A stretch of DNA of 64,000 nucleotides from Azolla caroliniana (Eukaryota > Plantae > Polypodiophyta): NCBI GenBank assembly GCA_043228905.1, contig JBHGNT010000015.1, forward strand, positions 14,632,001 to 14,696,000. Direction: 5' to 3'. Positions 1 through 12,885 of the stretch are shown here, piece after piece. A program made the translations under genes and the position numbers. Position 1 is the stretch's first letter; each line of letters starts with the position of its first letter. Under the pieces are notes generated by a model. That model worked only from the letters and a program-made list of their open reading frames with translations, made no database searches and was not told where the DNA came from.

Positions 1-429
1 CCCTCCCTCCCTCCCTCCCTTGCTTTCAAAGTGCATTGGCGATGCAGACTTCTCTCCTCGCAACCCGATGACATTGCGTAGGTATGTATGCATCATCACA
101 CTCCATCTCTTCGAAATATACTATGCGCCAGACACTTCGTCACAATCGTGCTATGTCGCGCTGGTTGGTTGAAAACGTTATAATTTAAGAGTTGTCTTCA
201 CGTTATATTGTTGCACATATATAAATAGATAACTTTGCCACCGTTGTGGGGAGATTAAGGTCGACATTTGCAAGCATCAGGTAAAGCTTCTCATAAACTC
301 CAAGATCATGAGGCACCTTGAACTAAACCGGGTCCTAAACCAGTTTAGCCAAGATGATTGAGCTTTGAACGACTTGGTAACCGGTTTGAGCAAATCCCAA
401 ACCGAGCTCAAACTGATTAAGGAAGCTCA

Positions 430-1072
430 ATAAAAATAAAATAAACATAGATAAAAGAGTTTTAGTATGGTACAAAAGATGTTATGGTGTGGCATATTCT
501 ATAAAGGAAATGACTATATGCTAGCACTAGTTTCATTTTCATCAAGCCTCTCAAAAAGGAGCGTGAGGTCAAAGGGTTTCGATGTAAGTGTGGCTCGTGG
601 TCTCGAGGTAAAAGGTATCCCAACCATAGCTTCTAGGCGGCGTAACTCAAGCTCCCTTATATACTTAATTGCTTTTGCGTAACAGTGACTTTGAGGCCCG
701 ATATTCGAGGGCATTTGGTTGTTCTTTGGTCTTTTGCTTCATCAAGGGAGAGGTCGAGTGGTGCAGGTGTGTCCACATTCATTGTCCCCCCTGGTCCTTG
801 AAAATTTTCCGTGGTTACATGTTGGTGATATATTAGAAAGGTTATGGTTAACATTTTGTAGCTTATTCTCTTTCTATGTTGTTTTAGCTCTAAGATATAC
901 CTACCTAGTGTCTTTATATCCGAGATATCTAATAGTTGGGAGGGAGTTGGGAGAGGGTGGTAGGGGGTCGTAGTATGTCTTGGTATTTTCCCTTATCTCA
1001 ACGTAAGCCGGATACTTGCATGTAAAGTGGGATTCATCCTCTATTTCTATGTGACATAATCTACATATTCGT
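430..1072 (-). mobile_element. RTE-X-like LINE, 3' fragment (decayed ORF2 C-terminus and tail)
   Basis: Minus strand reads RICRLCHIEIEDESHFTC (zinc-finger-like end). ORFs 514-714 and 657-854 closely match the end of the + strand ORF 6611-7321. AT-rich tail near 430-445. Confidence 0.8.
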
Positions 1073-1979
1073 TGTTAATGATGAAAATCCATTGGACGAA
1101 ATAAATAAGGAAGATATATTTGCTTAACTCAATTGGTGAAAGCATGTGTTATCCATGAGAGGGCAAAGGTTTGAATCTTACTTGGACAATAGAATATTAA
1201 GTGGATAAATGAATGTGATTGTAGACATTATGATTACCTTTTTGCTAGCATTAGGCGTTAAGAGGAAAAAGTAGTGCATGCAAGTGAAAAATAAAAAAGC
1301 ACGGCGAGTGCTAAAATAAAATAAATACCAAGAGGGAAAAGAATGGTGGGTGCTAAAATAAATAAATAAACACCCACTAATTTTGTTCATGAGAGAACCT
1401 CTTGAACACTATAAAAAGGGGATGAGAGCTCATTGGTGGGAGACGTGGAAGCACTAATGAGTTCTGAATAGAGAGCTAGGGTTGCGAATCAAGAAGGTGT
1501 ACAAGACCAACTTCAACCAGAGGTGACGTGACCGTCGTTTGTTGGGATGTTGCACCAAGGATCTCCCCTTTAAAGCTCTACTCGTGAACTTATCTTCTCC
1601 GATTTTCTTTTTCTTTTCTTTTTCTTCTTCTTCTCCTCAACATACTTGAGATCTTAGGATTTTATCTTCTTCTTCATAAATTTTAGGGTTTTTTGTTTTT
1701 CTTTTATTTTTGAAAATTTACCACAGTTGTAATGATTTACCCCAAAATCTTGTAAACCTTATTTTATAAAGGGAATTTCTTTCTTTATCCAACGTTTTCA
1801 GCCTAAAAAGTGGCCAAGCTAGACTTAATATTATGTCCATTCGTAATATTATGTTCTTTGGGTTAATCACATGTTTTGTTCTTAACCTCGCGCTTTAATC
1901 ATTATTGTTTCCTTATCTTCGTACCTTTGACTCTGCGTTACTATTGACTTCGTCTTACCTTCGACTTTGTCTTTGATGA

Positions 1980-3893
1980 AGTACCAGGAGCCTCCTAGAG
2001 ATTTTCCGGGCATCGGCCCGCAAATGTCAGTGTGCACGAGCTCTAGGGATTGTCGTATTGTCTCATAGTGGAGAGAGTGTCAACTTCGGGTCCGTTTCCA
2101 GTAGCAACAATGCTAGCAAAAGTCCATCTTTGTCTGGAGTTTGGGGATGTAGCTGATCGCCATTAGCCTATCTAGTTCGACTTGGGACATGTAGCCGAGT
2201 TAGCCATGCCATAAGTTCAAATTTGACGATTCGGCTACGTTCAGGGCCCCTTCTGGACTGATCGCCATCAATGGGTACAAGTTATTGTGTGTGTATCCAC
2301 ATCCGATTTTCTTGTTCCCCCGGCTGATCGTCCATGTCGACTCATTGAGAGTCGTTCGATACCCGTCTTCGGCTAACATGCCGATGGAGACCAAACTCGT
2401 AACCTAGGTACATGTCGGACATAGCGTAGGATGATCGTATTGCTGTTTGGAAATTGAATTGGTACTTCGCTGATTCCGGCGATTTTGCATTCCTGCCCAC
2501 TGCCAAGTCAGACAGTGTCGTCGGCTCCGGTCTAATAGTCTAAAAACCATTAGATATCTGGGGTCACGTGAAATGTGGCATCGGAATCTAGCAGCCACGT
2601 TCGTGTGTCCTACACATTTGTAAAGGACTTCTCCGATAATTGAGTCCTCTAGATAGAGGATTTCTCTTGATCGGGAGTTGACAACATTGATTTGGTTGCT
2701 GACTGGAGAATGATTCGAGTAAGATTGTCCTTGTGTTCGATCGAATAGTCAACTATTCTCCTTTCTCTTTATTGACCAGTCTTTCTGTTGACTAGATTGA
2801 CTGTTCCTTGACTTTGATGGCTGTCGATCTTCCCTCCTTCTCGGTCGATTGGTGTTTCGACCTGTTCTTTCGGCTTGTTCTCTCAATTAGTTGGTTCGTC
2901 CGATTGACTCAGTTGAGTAGTGGGCTTCTGTCGATTCATCGATGGTGAGTCCCATCGATTTTCGCCGAATGTCCTTAGTGAGGACTTGTCTGATTGTCTC
3001 ATCCACATTGAGATTTGGACAACTATTGGCGAATGTCATGCAGAATACCTCCCAACTCGCTGACAAACTCAAAAGGAGGGCAAGGGCTTTAACTTTTTCT
3101 TCGAAGTTAATCCCTTGAGAGGAGAGTTCGGAAAACACCCGACTGAAGGTATTGATGTGGGAGGTCACTAGATCCTTCTCTCTCATCTTCATGTTAAATA
3201 AATGTCGAATCAATATTAGCTTTGATGAGGACTTTTTCTCATACACAGCCTGGAGTTTCTCCCACAAAGATAATGTTGTCTCCTTTGCCATGCTGAAATA
3301 GTCATTCTCGGCTAGATGCATATGAGTGGTTGATCTGGCTATCTTGTCCATAGATTGTCATTCTTCAACAAACATTGAAGCCGGCTTGGTATTGTGCCAA
3401 ATGGCTTCAACTTGTTGTCGGATGATAAGAAAATTCTACATCATCTCTTTCTAGAGGGCGAAGTTCTTCCTGTCAAACTTCTGGATTTCCACATTCGTGT
3501 CAGAAAATGTCGCCATTTTTTGAAACTAGATGTTGTTGATCTAATCTTTTCTCTTAGTCGGATAACTACTTTTTCAGCTTTCTGTTGTTCTTTGCCGCCG
3601 GACAACAAGGTCGCTTTGATACCACTTGTTGTATATAATATGTAGAAGAAGATGTGAGGACCTGCAAGTTAATGTGTTAAGTGAACAACATGTACACAAT
3701 AGAAAGATAGAGTATGCACAATACACAAGAAGTAAGAAGTAAGATAGACAATGTAAGCTATGTTATTCTCTTCTATAAAACTCTCTCTCTGCTATTTACA
3801 ATGTTACAATTGGGCTTATATACTCAAGCCCTAACTTGAACGTGTTCACTCTTAAGGATACAAATTGGAAGGAGTTGGTCTTTTATGCCAACA
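1980..3893 (-). mobile_element. Truncated Ty1/copia element: 5' LTR 3627-3893, PBS, gag, protease/GAG-pre-integrase remnants
   Basis: LTR TGTTG...CCAACA. PBS TGGTATCAAAGC on minus at 3613-3624 (tRNA-iMet type). Gag ORF 2887-3351 (LWEKLQAVYEKKSSSKLILIRHLFNMKM). ORF 2200-2394 ends NLWHG. Confidence 0.85.
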
Positions 3894-4215
3894 ACCTTAT
3901 CTTTGACTCTGTCCTACGGTCTTCAACTCTGCCTTACCTTTGACTTTGCCTACTCTTCGACTCTACCTAACCTTCAACTTGACTCTTCCTAACCTTTGAC
4001 TTTGCCTTCCCTTTGACTCTATCTTCCCTTGGACTCCATCTTCCTTTCGACTCAAGAGAGGTTTCAACTCCGACTCTGCCTTACAATCCACTTTGTCAAG
4101 CCTTCAACTCTATCTTCCTTTTGACTCTAGAGAGGTTTTGACTCTATCTTCCCTTCGACTCTATTGTGCTTTTAACTCAAGAGAAGTTCCGACTTTGACG
4201 AGCCTTTGAGTCTGA
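3894..4215. repeat. Degenerate ~20-bp minisatellite (CCTTCGACTCTATCTT-like); also present at ~1910-1975 on the other side of the copia fragment
   Basis: Many recurrent CTT(C/T)GACT(C/T)T units visible directly. Confidence 0.8.
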
Positions 4216-4332
4216 AGAGCCCTGGGCTTTCAATAGCTTTTGAGTCACCTAATGTCCCATCCTCTTTGATTCAAGTCCATGGTGGTCCCTCTCAAATTTT
4301 ACACGCACGCGCATAACTTTGTGACATAAATG

Positions 4333-4349
4333 TGGTGAACCCGCCGTGA
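4333..4349 (+). promoter_or_regulatory. Primer-binding site complementary to the tRNA-Trp 3' end
   Basis: TGGTGAACCCGCCGTGA lies 6 nt after the LTR end. It differs by one base from the recalled plant tRNA-Trp complement TGGTGAACCCGACGTGA. Confidence 0.65.
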
Positions 4350-4449
4350 AAGGAGCGTCAAGAGAGGATGGTTACCCAAAATGAAGACTTTGCTTTGGTG
4401 ATGGCGAGAATGATGATGTAGATGAAAAGGGAAAGGGAAGTCGTGCAAT

Positions 4450-4719
4450 GTGGGGTTGAAAGACTTGTATACACATTTGTGTGGACAATTTCAGGGTGCC
4501 AATGTTAACGATTATTTGGATAAATACAACAATGTGATGCTTCAAGAGAATGTAGGCAAGTTAACGAAATGGAAGTACTTCAATGGAGTGGTATCCTCTG
4601 CTCTACATACACAAATTATAGAACTTCATGAGGCCCATACATCATGGGATATTTTCCAAATGACATTACTAAAAGACTTCGAGGACGAGGATGTGACCGC
4701 CATAAGTTGCTACAAGTAG
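4450..4719 (+). pseudogene. Ty3/gypsy gag remnant
   Basis: FQGANVNDYLDKYN...SWDIFQMTLLKDF is retrotransposon-gag-like and lies downstream of the PBS. Confidence 0.55.
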
Positions 4720-4977
4720 GTCGTGCAAGAGTGCTTTTGTTAAGAGTCTAATACTAATCAATGGAAGAATATATCAAGGTGTATGAGAGCTTCAAAGAAA
4801 AGATCATTGCTAAAGACAAGTTGGGGAGGGTGCCAATGTTGAAGAGTAAAGATGACAATACAACAAGCACTCAAGTAGAATGTGATTAACTTAGAAGTAC
4901 TGTATGCAAAAGGTGTACAATATAAGGAGATGAAGTATGATGAAGAACTCAAATATGATGTCAGGTTAGTTTGAGAA

Positions 4978-5284
4978 TGTAGGAGTGTATGAGGTGGTAT
5001 AAGGGTAAAACACGTCAAAGGGGTTGTCGTATTTGTGAGTGAGGATAAATATATGTGTGAACACATATGCACAATTATGTGCATGTGACAAGACAGTAAC
5101 GGTCATATTATTAACCGTTACATTATGTACTATATAAACCCCTTATGGGCCATGTAATGCAATATAGTTTTTCCCCTCTCATTTTGTGTCTCATTGTTTT
5201 TTCTTTCCTTTTCTCTCTCCATCACACATAACCCCCTTGGGAGGGGGGTGGACTCGTTCGAGGCTTCATCCCCCACCCATAACA
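4978..5284 (+). mobile_element. Solo LTR (307 bp)
   Basis: TGTAGG...CCCATAACA flanked by a perfect 5-bp TSD GAGAA (4973-4977, 5285-5289). TATA at ~5131. The 3' end is homologous to 22991-23085. Confidence 0.85.
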
Positions 5285-5450
5285 GAGAACGAGCATGTCA
5301 TATTGTGGCAATTTCCAAAATTTTATTCTAAATAACTTGTTAGACTGAAATTTTGGCAACATCCTTGTTTGCAACTCCAACGAATATGCCCTAAACCACA
5401 ACCATATAAAAATTGTTAGTGGTGAGTTTTAAAAGAAAACAAATAATTGG

Positions 5451-5484
<34 letters not shown>

Positions 5485-5756
5485 TAAAAAATCTAGTGCT
5501 AATATGTTGAATCTAAAAAGCATAAAAACTAAAAATTATTCTAAGAATTGGGACCAAAAAAGTCAATCATCACTTCTCCTAAAAAATGAAATTTACATTT
5601 CATGGGAATTTATTTGAATAAAAAAAACATAGACACACATAGCCTCTCACTAGTATTTCTCCCTCCTCTTATCAAGTGCATCTGAGGTTGTCAATGCATA
5701 TGTCGAGGTAGAGGTGTACGGAAATAGCTTCACTAAAAAGATCTCTCTCTCTCTCT

Positions 5757-7420
5757 CTCTATGCCGATGACATAGTTTTGCCCTCGACGTCTGAACACGA
5801 CCTACAAAAGCACCTTAATGCCCTAGATGACTTTTGCACACAAGGAGGTTTGCTAGTGAATCTAACAAAAACTAAAGTCCTTATCTTTCACACATCGTCT
5901 TGAGTTAGGAGTAAGTGTCACCTACTCCTATCTCATAAACCAGTCGAGGTAGTTGGATCATATGTATATTTGGGAGTCACTTTTAGTGCTGGTTTAGGTA
6001 AATTCTCGATGACCCAAGCAACCAAAGATAGGCTAACGAGAGGGTATGCATCCCTCTCACTCTTAGAGAGACAATGCCACTAGGCATACTTTCAAGAGCC
6101 ACGGACTAAGGGATGGCTCTTTGACTCATTAGTGAACCCTTCACTCATGTATGCATCAGTAGTATGGGCTCCAGGTCTACTGTGCTTCATGTGGACACAA
6201 TTAGAGAGACCTTTGGTGATAATGTTATCGACAATACCACATGACATTATTAGAGTAGAGTTCAGTCTGCCCCCAATGGGCCCCCAATGTTAGTAGAAGC
6301 ACTCTTACAATTGGTAGTTTTTATTCATAGGATACACAACCAACCACAAGATAGGATATCCCGTCAAGCTTTTGAGGCATCCCGATCCCTATATGAGTCT
6401 GGAGATAGTAGCTCTTAGTATAGCATTGTAGTGCATTGGTTACTTGCAAATTGCATAGACATTGATAACCTACCTCCCCTTAAGTACAACCATGGGACTG
6501 ATCAAACTTTAATATCTCATGAGGACCATAATAAAGTAATACGCCAAGAAATATGGCAAATTTTTACATGATATAAATGGATCACCCCATGAGAGTCACT
6601 CCCATCTAAAATGTTGTACTATAAGGAACACTTCATGCACTTCTCTAAGCTAGGTTTTATCACACAACCAAAATATCTAGATACATTCTTGACGAATGCA
6701 CTAAGGGTGACCATTGGACAACTTAGGATATCATCTCACCAACTTGAGATTGAGAATGGTCGTACTAATGGAGTCCCTAGAAAGGAAAGGCTATGTAGGT
6801 TAGTTATGTCACATAGAGATAGAGGATGGGTATCACTTTACATGCAAGTGTCCAACTTATGCCGAGATAAGGGCGAAATACCAAAACATACTAGGACCCT
6901 CTCCCACCCTCTCCAAACTATTAGATACCCTGGATATAAAGAGACTAGTAGGTATATCTTAGAGCTAAAACAACATAGGGAGGAAAAACTACAAAATGTT
7001 AACCATAATAATTTTAATATTCACCAACATGTAACTAATACAAATTTTCAAGAACAAGAGGAGATGATGAATGTGGACACACCTACACCACTTAGCCTCT
7101 CTCTTGAGGAAGTAGAAATGCAAAGAACAACCAAATGCCCTCGGATGTCGGGCTTCAAAGCAACTCGACGTGGAGTAGAAACAATTAAGAAGATAAGGGA
7201 ACATGAGCTACGCCGCCTAACAACTATGGTTATGGTATCTTTTACATTGGGACCACGGGCCACCTCCACATCGAAACCCTTTGACCTCCCGCTTCTTTTC
7301 GAGAGACTTGGATGGAAATGAAACTAGGCCTAGTATAAAGTCATTTCCTTATAGAACATGTTCTTTTTGCTAGAGCTCTTTAACTTACGTTCTATTTTAT
7401 TTTATTTTATTTTTATTTTT
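5757..7420 (+). mobile_element. 5'-truncated RTE-X-like LINE (RT 3' half to tail), decayed
   Basis: Starts at LYADDIV (5757), followed by YVYLGVTF and LRISSHQLEIENGR...RLCRL (ORF 6611-7321). (TTTTA)n tail at ~7394-7420. Contains stops and frameshifts. Confidence 0.85.
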
Positions 7421-8189
7421 ACTTTTGATGAATGGGTAAATACTCCATTTTTGTTGTAAACCAATTGTCTCATGGGCCAATTTTGGTATTAGAAGACATT
7501 AATATATCTTTCTTCTCTCTCTCTCTCATGTTTTCTCATTTCTTCTCTCGCATCATGTAAGTAAGTCTTTTCTCTTTGCTTCTCTTTCCCTTCTAACGAC
7601 ACTTCAAACCCTTCTTCTCCTCTACAATGTCATGGTTTGCAACAGTTTACGTGCTTTTCTTCAAACCCTTCTCCTCTTTTATCCATAGTCTATGTACCCT
7701 GCTTTTGGTGTCCTACCACAACCTCTACAATGATGTGCACTGTTGCAACGACCTCTACTTGCGGTGTCTTGTCATAACCTCGAAGCGTTGTCGTGAAGAT
7801 TTTCGGCAATAGTGTGAAAATTGCGAGGAACATACAAAATCGAGTGTGGTTCTTCAGACACGATATGAAATAATAATAATAAAGATACTATTTTAGATTA
7901 GTTTAAAATCTTGGTACGAAAAGATGGATGTCTTCAAGAGCTTTCGAATGCATTTTACTACACGTGAAACAGACAACTAAGTGTCAAGTTATGTGAGTGT
8001 GAAGTTTGAGAAGAAGAAAAGGAAAACAAAACTGTGAGATATCCCACATAGATAGGACAACATCAAGATTCCAGATTATATAAGTAGAGCCATATCTCTT
8101 TAAATTATATCTATGTGTTTAGAGCACATAAAGGTTGTGGGTTGTATAACTTATATAGACGAATGAATGTGGCCATAGGTTGACCCATG

Positions 8190-9272
8190 CGTGAAGTTCT
8201 TAATATTCGACATCCGTAATATTCGAGAATACAAAATGACCCCAAGAATATTACAGAACCATTCGTTTATTTATTTATTATTTAAAAAAATAATTTTATA
8301 TATTATATATAAAAATATTATTAGTCTAAGGTCCCATTTTTAATGTCAAGAGAGTAAAAAACGGGGAATTAATGAACCTTTTATTTTTTATTTTTTATTT
8401 TATTAAAAATAAAACAAATACTTTAAAGTTTTTCTATCTATTATAATTTATAAGAATATTATTAGTGTGAGGTCCCCTTTTTAATGTGAGATAAAAATAT
8501 AAAATTTTGTGAGAACCTTTTATTTATTCTATTTATTTTTTGTTTTATTGAAAATTAAAACATATACATCTAAGTTTGATAAATATTATAAAAATATTAT
8601 TAGTGTGAGTTCCCCTTTTTAATGTGAAATAAAAATATGAAATTTATGGGAACCTTTTATTTAGTTTATTTATTTAATTTTCTTTTTATTACAAAATAAA
8701 ACAAATACATTTAAGTTTTATATATATTATAAAAATATTATTAGTACAAGGTTCCCTTTTAATAACGGATAAAAATATCAATTTTTGTGGGACAGTAAAG
8801 TGGGAAATTAATGAACCTTTTATTTATTATTTATTATTATTTTATATTTATTAAAAATAAAACAAATACATTTAAGTTTTAAGTTTTCCATTTCTTATAT
8901 AAAAATATTATTTAGTGTAAGCCTCCTTTTTAATGTCAAGTTAAATATCCCATATTTAATGTGAAAGTCTCTTTGTTATATGATATATATATTAGAAACT
9001 AAAAAGTAGGAACTCCTTTTTTTTTTTTTTTTTTTAACGAATATTTTTTCATGTATTCTTATGCGTATTCGTATGCATTCGTATGGTAACCCCCACAAAT
9101 GAGAATATGTCAATCTATGTATGATATATATATTAGAAACTAAAAAGTAGGAACTCCTTTTTAAAAAAAAAAATTTAATGAATATTTTTTCATGTATTCT
9201 TATGCATATTCGTATGCATTTGTATGGTAACCCCCACGAATGAGAATATGTCAATCTATGAATGCAGCCACG
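8190..9272. repeat. AT-rich block: ~140-bp tandem units (x~5) plus a ~140-bp duplication (8980-9258), inserted in the LTR
   Basis: AAAATATTATTAGTGTGAGGTCCCCTTTTTAATG-like motif recurs at ~8311, 8455, 8592, 8731 and 8902. The block is absent from the homologous LTR at 63595-64000. Confidence 0.75.
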
Positions 9273-9843
9273 TTATTCAAATAGGGTTTTGGATGGATCT
9301 AGACGCCACCGAACCGGACAGACAAAATCGGGCAGACGGACGAGACGGGACTGGATGCGGATCGAACAAGACTAGATGCGAACTTGATCGGATAAGACGA
9401 GTCGGACGGACATGGACCGGTCGGGTTGGTCGGATAGGTTGATTGTGACACATGTGTCGTGAAGATTTTCGGTGTGAAACGAACAAAATCGTCTATAGGT
9501 TCCATCAGCTCATTGGAGGTCGACTGAAGATGTAATATACAGTTAAACATTTGTAAATACAAGACTAAAGCCTTGTAAAATTTTGTGTGCACCTCCTACA
9601 TAAGAGCCACATGACTTACCACTAAGCTAAGTCATGACTTTAGAGTTATACTTTTATAATTGTACTTTTCATATTTAAAATCTCATACATGAGAGCTTGG
9701 ATGAGTGACATGGCAAACATGCATCGCATGCATTTCATGCATTACGTGCATGTCTTGCACCCTCCCATGCATCATATGCATGGGGGGATCTATAAAAGAA
9801 TGGAGGTCAATCAAGATGGGACTAATGAAGAAATTGGGAAGAA

Positions 9844-9845
<2 letters not shown>

Positions 9846-9911
<66 letters not shown>
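9846..9911. repeat. (AAT)n microsatellite
   Basis: Direct read. Confidence 0.95.
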
Positions 9912-9913
<2 letters not shown>

Positions 9914-11293
9914 CAAGTTATCCTAATGGTGATGTATCTTGTCTCTCAAATCTAAAGTCAAGCATTCAATCTTTATCTCAATCTCACTCTCTCTCCATAT
10001 CAATCTCTCTCAATCTATCTTAAATACTTTCTCGCTAAAGCTAGTACAAACTTCGAATCCTTCTGGCCAGGACCCCGACGGTTCCGCCTCACGATCCGCA
10101 CATAGTGACGGATTTTCATGACAACGTGCTCTATCGCAACAACCTTTGAAATGATGTGTGTTGCTGCAATAACCTCTACAATGACTTGTACTAGTGGTAT
10201 CTTGCCACAATGTCTAGGCATGTTCCGTTGCAACAATCTCCACTATAGGCTCCATTGCATGATCTATGACAAAATTCTCTCCAATAATCTGCACCTTTAC
10301 AATGTGTTCTTTGCCAAGGTTCTCCTTTGGGAGAATAAGTATATCCTCTGGTGGTCTTGTACATATGGAATAATGTTCTGTTGATGTACATGTCTACTAT
10401 GTTTTCTTCATATGCAAGCTATGATATTGCTTCTTGTGTGGCTGGTTTTGCAGTGTTCCGAAGTGTCATACACTCATGCCCTATGTATTCTGTATCAAGA
10501 ACTTGTACAATGTTTACCCTATGTTAGAATTTGTATATCTATGTGAAGCAAAATGTATATGTATTTGTGTTTAATATGTATGTCTGTGTATTTGTGTCTA
10601 TGGACTAGTTCAGTATTCTTTAGCCTACAATGATCCTCAATATGATATATGTATGCCCTACATATTGTGTAAGTTAAGTCTTTTATTTGTTCACCATGCG
10701 ACAAGTATAGGTATTTGTGTAGTAAAATGTATAAGTATTTGTGTCTAATATATGTATGTCTATGGCATGGTTCAACATTCTTTAGCCCACAATGATCCTC
10801 AATATGATGTATGTATGCCTTACCTATTGTGTAAGTTAAGTTGTTTATTTGTTCACCATGCACAAGAATGTGTATGTGTATGTATTGGAACTTGTGTCAT
10901 GTGTATGATTGTATATTTGTGTCTATGGCTTGGTTCGACCTATTCTTTGGAAGTCACATTCCTCATTTCTTCACCATGCATAAGAATGTGTGCCTACGAG
11001 TATTTGTATTACCAAAGGGATGTGCTCTATATTGATCTTGTACTAAAGGAATTATTTTCTAGTCATGTACATGTCTGTTATGTTTTATGCATGTAGATGC
11101 TATGATGTTGATTTTGATTTGGCTTGGTTTGGCTTGAGCAGATACATTATTTGTATTAGGATTTTGCATTATTAGGAATGCTTGTTGTGTATTTGTGTCT
11201 ATACGTATCTTTGTTTTGTTCTTGAACTTGGTCTATTATGTTAGGTTCTTGAACATGTTTGTATTGTAGTGATCTTGTGCATGCTATGATGTT

Positions 11294-12211
11294 TTTTTCT
11301 AAAACAAAATATCCTCCCATTAGTTATATAGAAAGGTCATAACGGTTCAACATACAAAATAATTTTTCCCCAACCCGTCCTATGTAAGATAATAGCTGAG
11401 GAAACAAATCTATGTACTCTAACATAGAAAAAACAATCCAGTAATTACAATCTATTCCCTAGACACATTGCAAGGTATCCATATCCATAGACAACAACAA
11501 AAGTAACTCTCTTAAGAATGAAGCCCTCTCAGGTCATAGTTATGAGCCATTCAATACTTCTTCAACCTGTACAACTCGGATCTGAAGAAGCTCAAGTACT
11601 TTGTTTGGTTTTTCAAGAGAACCACTATTCACATTCGTGACTGTAAAGTCAACAACTATGCTTACTCTTTCCACATCAACCATCTTGCCGGATTACACCA
11701 AATTCCTGTACATACAACAACAAATTAAGTCAAGTTCCCTCCTCTCCTCATGAGCTTATTCTTCTGTCCCCACACCATCGTCACTCATCCTTATCAAAAA
11801 CATAGTTCAACTGCTTCGTTAAGTCCTCATCAACCATCTCGTCGAATACCACCAAATTCCTACACATAAACAATAAAATGCATGTAAATTCTTCATCTCC
11901 TCATGACAATATGCTTCAACCTCCACAACATCATTGCTCATCCTTATCCAAAACATAAATTCTACTTCCTTAAGTCTACATCATCCATCTTGTCGAATAC
12001 CACCAAAATCCTGCACATACAACAATACAACAAGTCTTGTTTCCTCATCCCCTCATGAGAGTATGCTTCGCCCCCCACACCCTCATCACTCATCCTTATC
12101 CAAAAACATGCATTTTGCTTCATCAAGTCCACATCAAACTTCTTGCCGATTACTGCCAAAACTTGTACATACAAACAACTAAATTAGTCTAGTCTTCTAA
12201 ATAGACTATGA
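11294..12211 (-). mobile_element. Probable 5'-truncated non-LTR retroposon 3' end containing ~153-bp tandem repeats
   Basis: 18-bp direct repeat TGTGCATGCTATGATGTT at 11276-11293 and 12212-12229. T-tract at the left end. CCATTAGTTAT next to the tail, as in the LINE end at ~36128. Repeat units start near 11680, 11835, 11987 and 12140. Confidence 0.5.
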
Positions 12212-12885
12212 TGTGCATGCTATGATGTTGTTTATGGTTTAGCCTAATTTAATATTGGTATGATTTGTAACATGATGTATTCATACCCAAGCAAATTTAC
12301 ATGCTTAAGTATTTCCTTAGTTTCCTATATTTATATTAAGTTCTATGTATATGATATAAGATGTTATGTATATTTGGTATTTGTTATAGCATAGACTATT
12401 AAGCAAGATCAATGAGTGATTAGATATTAATCAAGATCACTAATCACATATCAATATAATCTCTAGATAAAGCTCATAGGCTATGCTCTTCTCTATATCA
12501 TCCAAAATGAGTTGAGATACATGAGTTTATGACTCACAAGATGATGGGATGCATGCATACTATTTACATCATGAAGTCTTGTTAACTGAAGCTTAAGACT
12601 AAAATAGATGATGCATTTCATGCATGAGTTCATAACACTCCTCCTCATCTCATCATCATTGTTTTAGCTCATCAACTTTGATAATCTTCTGAGTCCAAGA
12701 GAAGGAATGTTCAACCAATGTTTTGATGCAGGTAAGCTTTTGGTAAAAATATCTCAACATGAAAATTTGAAGATATTGGGGGTTAGGGGTTATAAAAACT
12801 CTCATGAATGCCTTTACTTCGATGTTTTGCCTTCTGGATGACTTCATTCTCTCTTTGTGGAAGATGAAATTGTAACTTGAGGGAA

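Larger units (their letters stand above)
1073..4326 (+). mobile_element. Probable 5' LTR of a Ty3/gypsy-like element, interrupted by a copia fragment
   Basis: Starts TGT at 1073 where the LINE breaks off and ends ...TTTGTGACA at 4326. TATA-like CTATAAAA near 1409. Followed by a PBS-like site and a gag remnant. Its 3' end resembles the LTR end at 57380-57417. Confidence 0.55.
7789..10123 (+). mobile_element. Solo LTR of the TGTCGTGAAGATTT family with internal insertions
   Basis: Termini TGTCGTGAAGATTTTC...GATTTTCATGACA, flanks GCGT/ACGT. The first ~300 bp are homologous to 63595-63900. A second terminal motif occurs at 9455. It interrupts a continuous degenerate repeat (7620-7788 / 10124-10310). 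Confidence 0.75.

Noticed and set aside
9689-9955. Poly-Ile ORF and similar SL/RE/HT-repeat ORFs elsewhere
   Set aside because: Translations of microsatellites.
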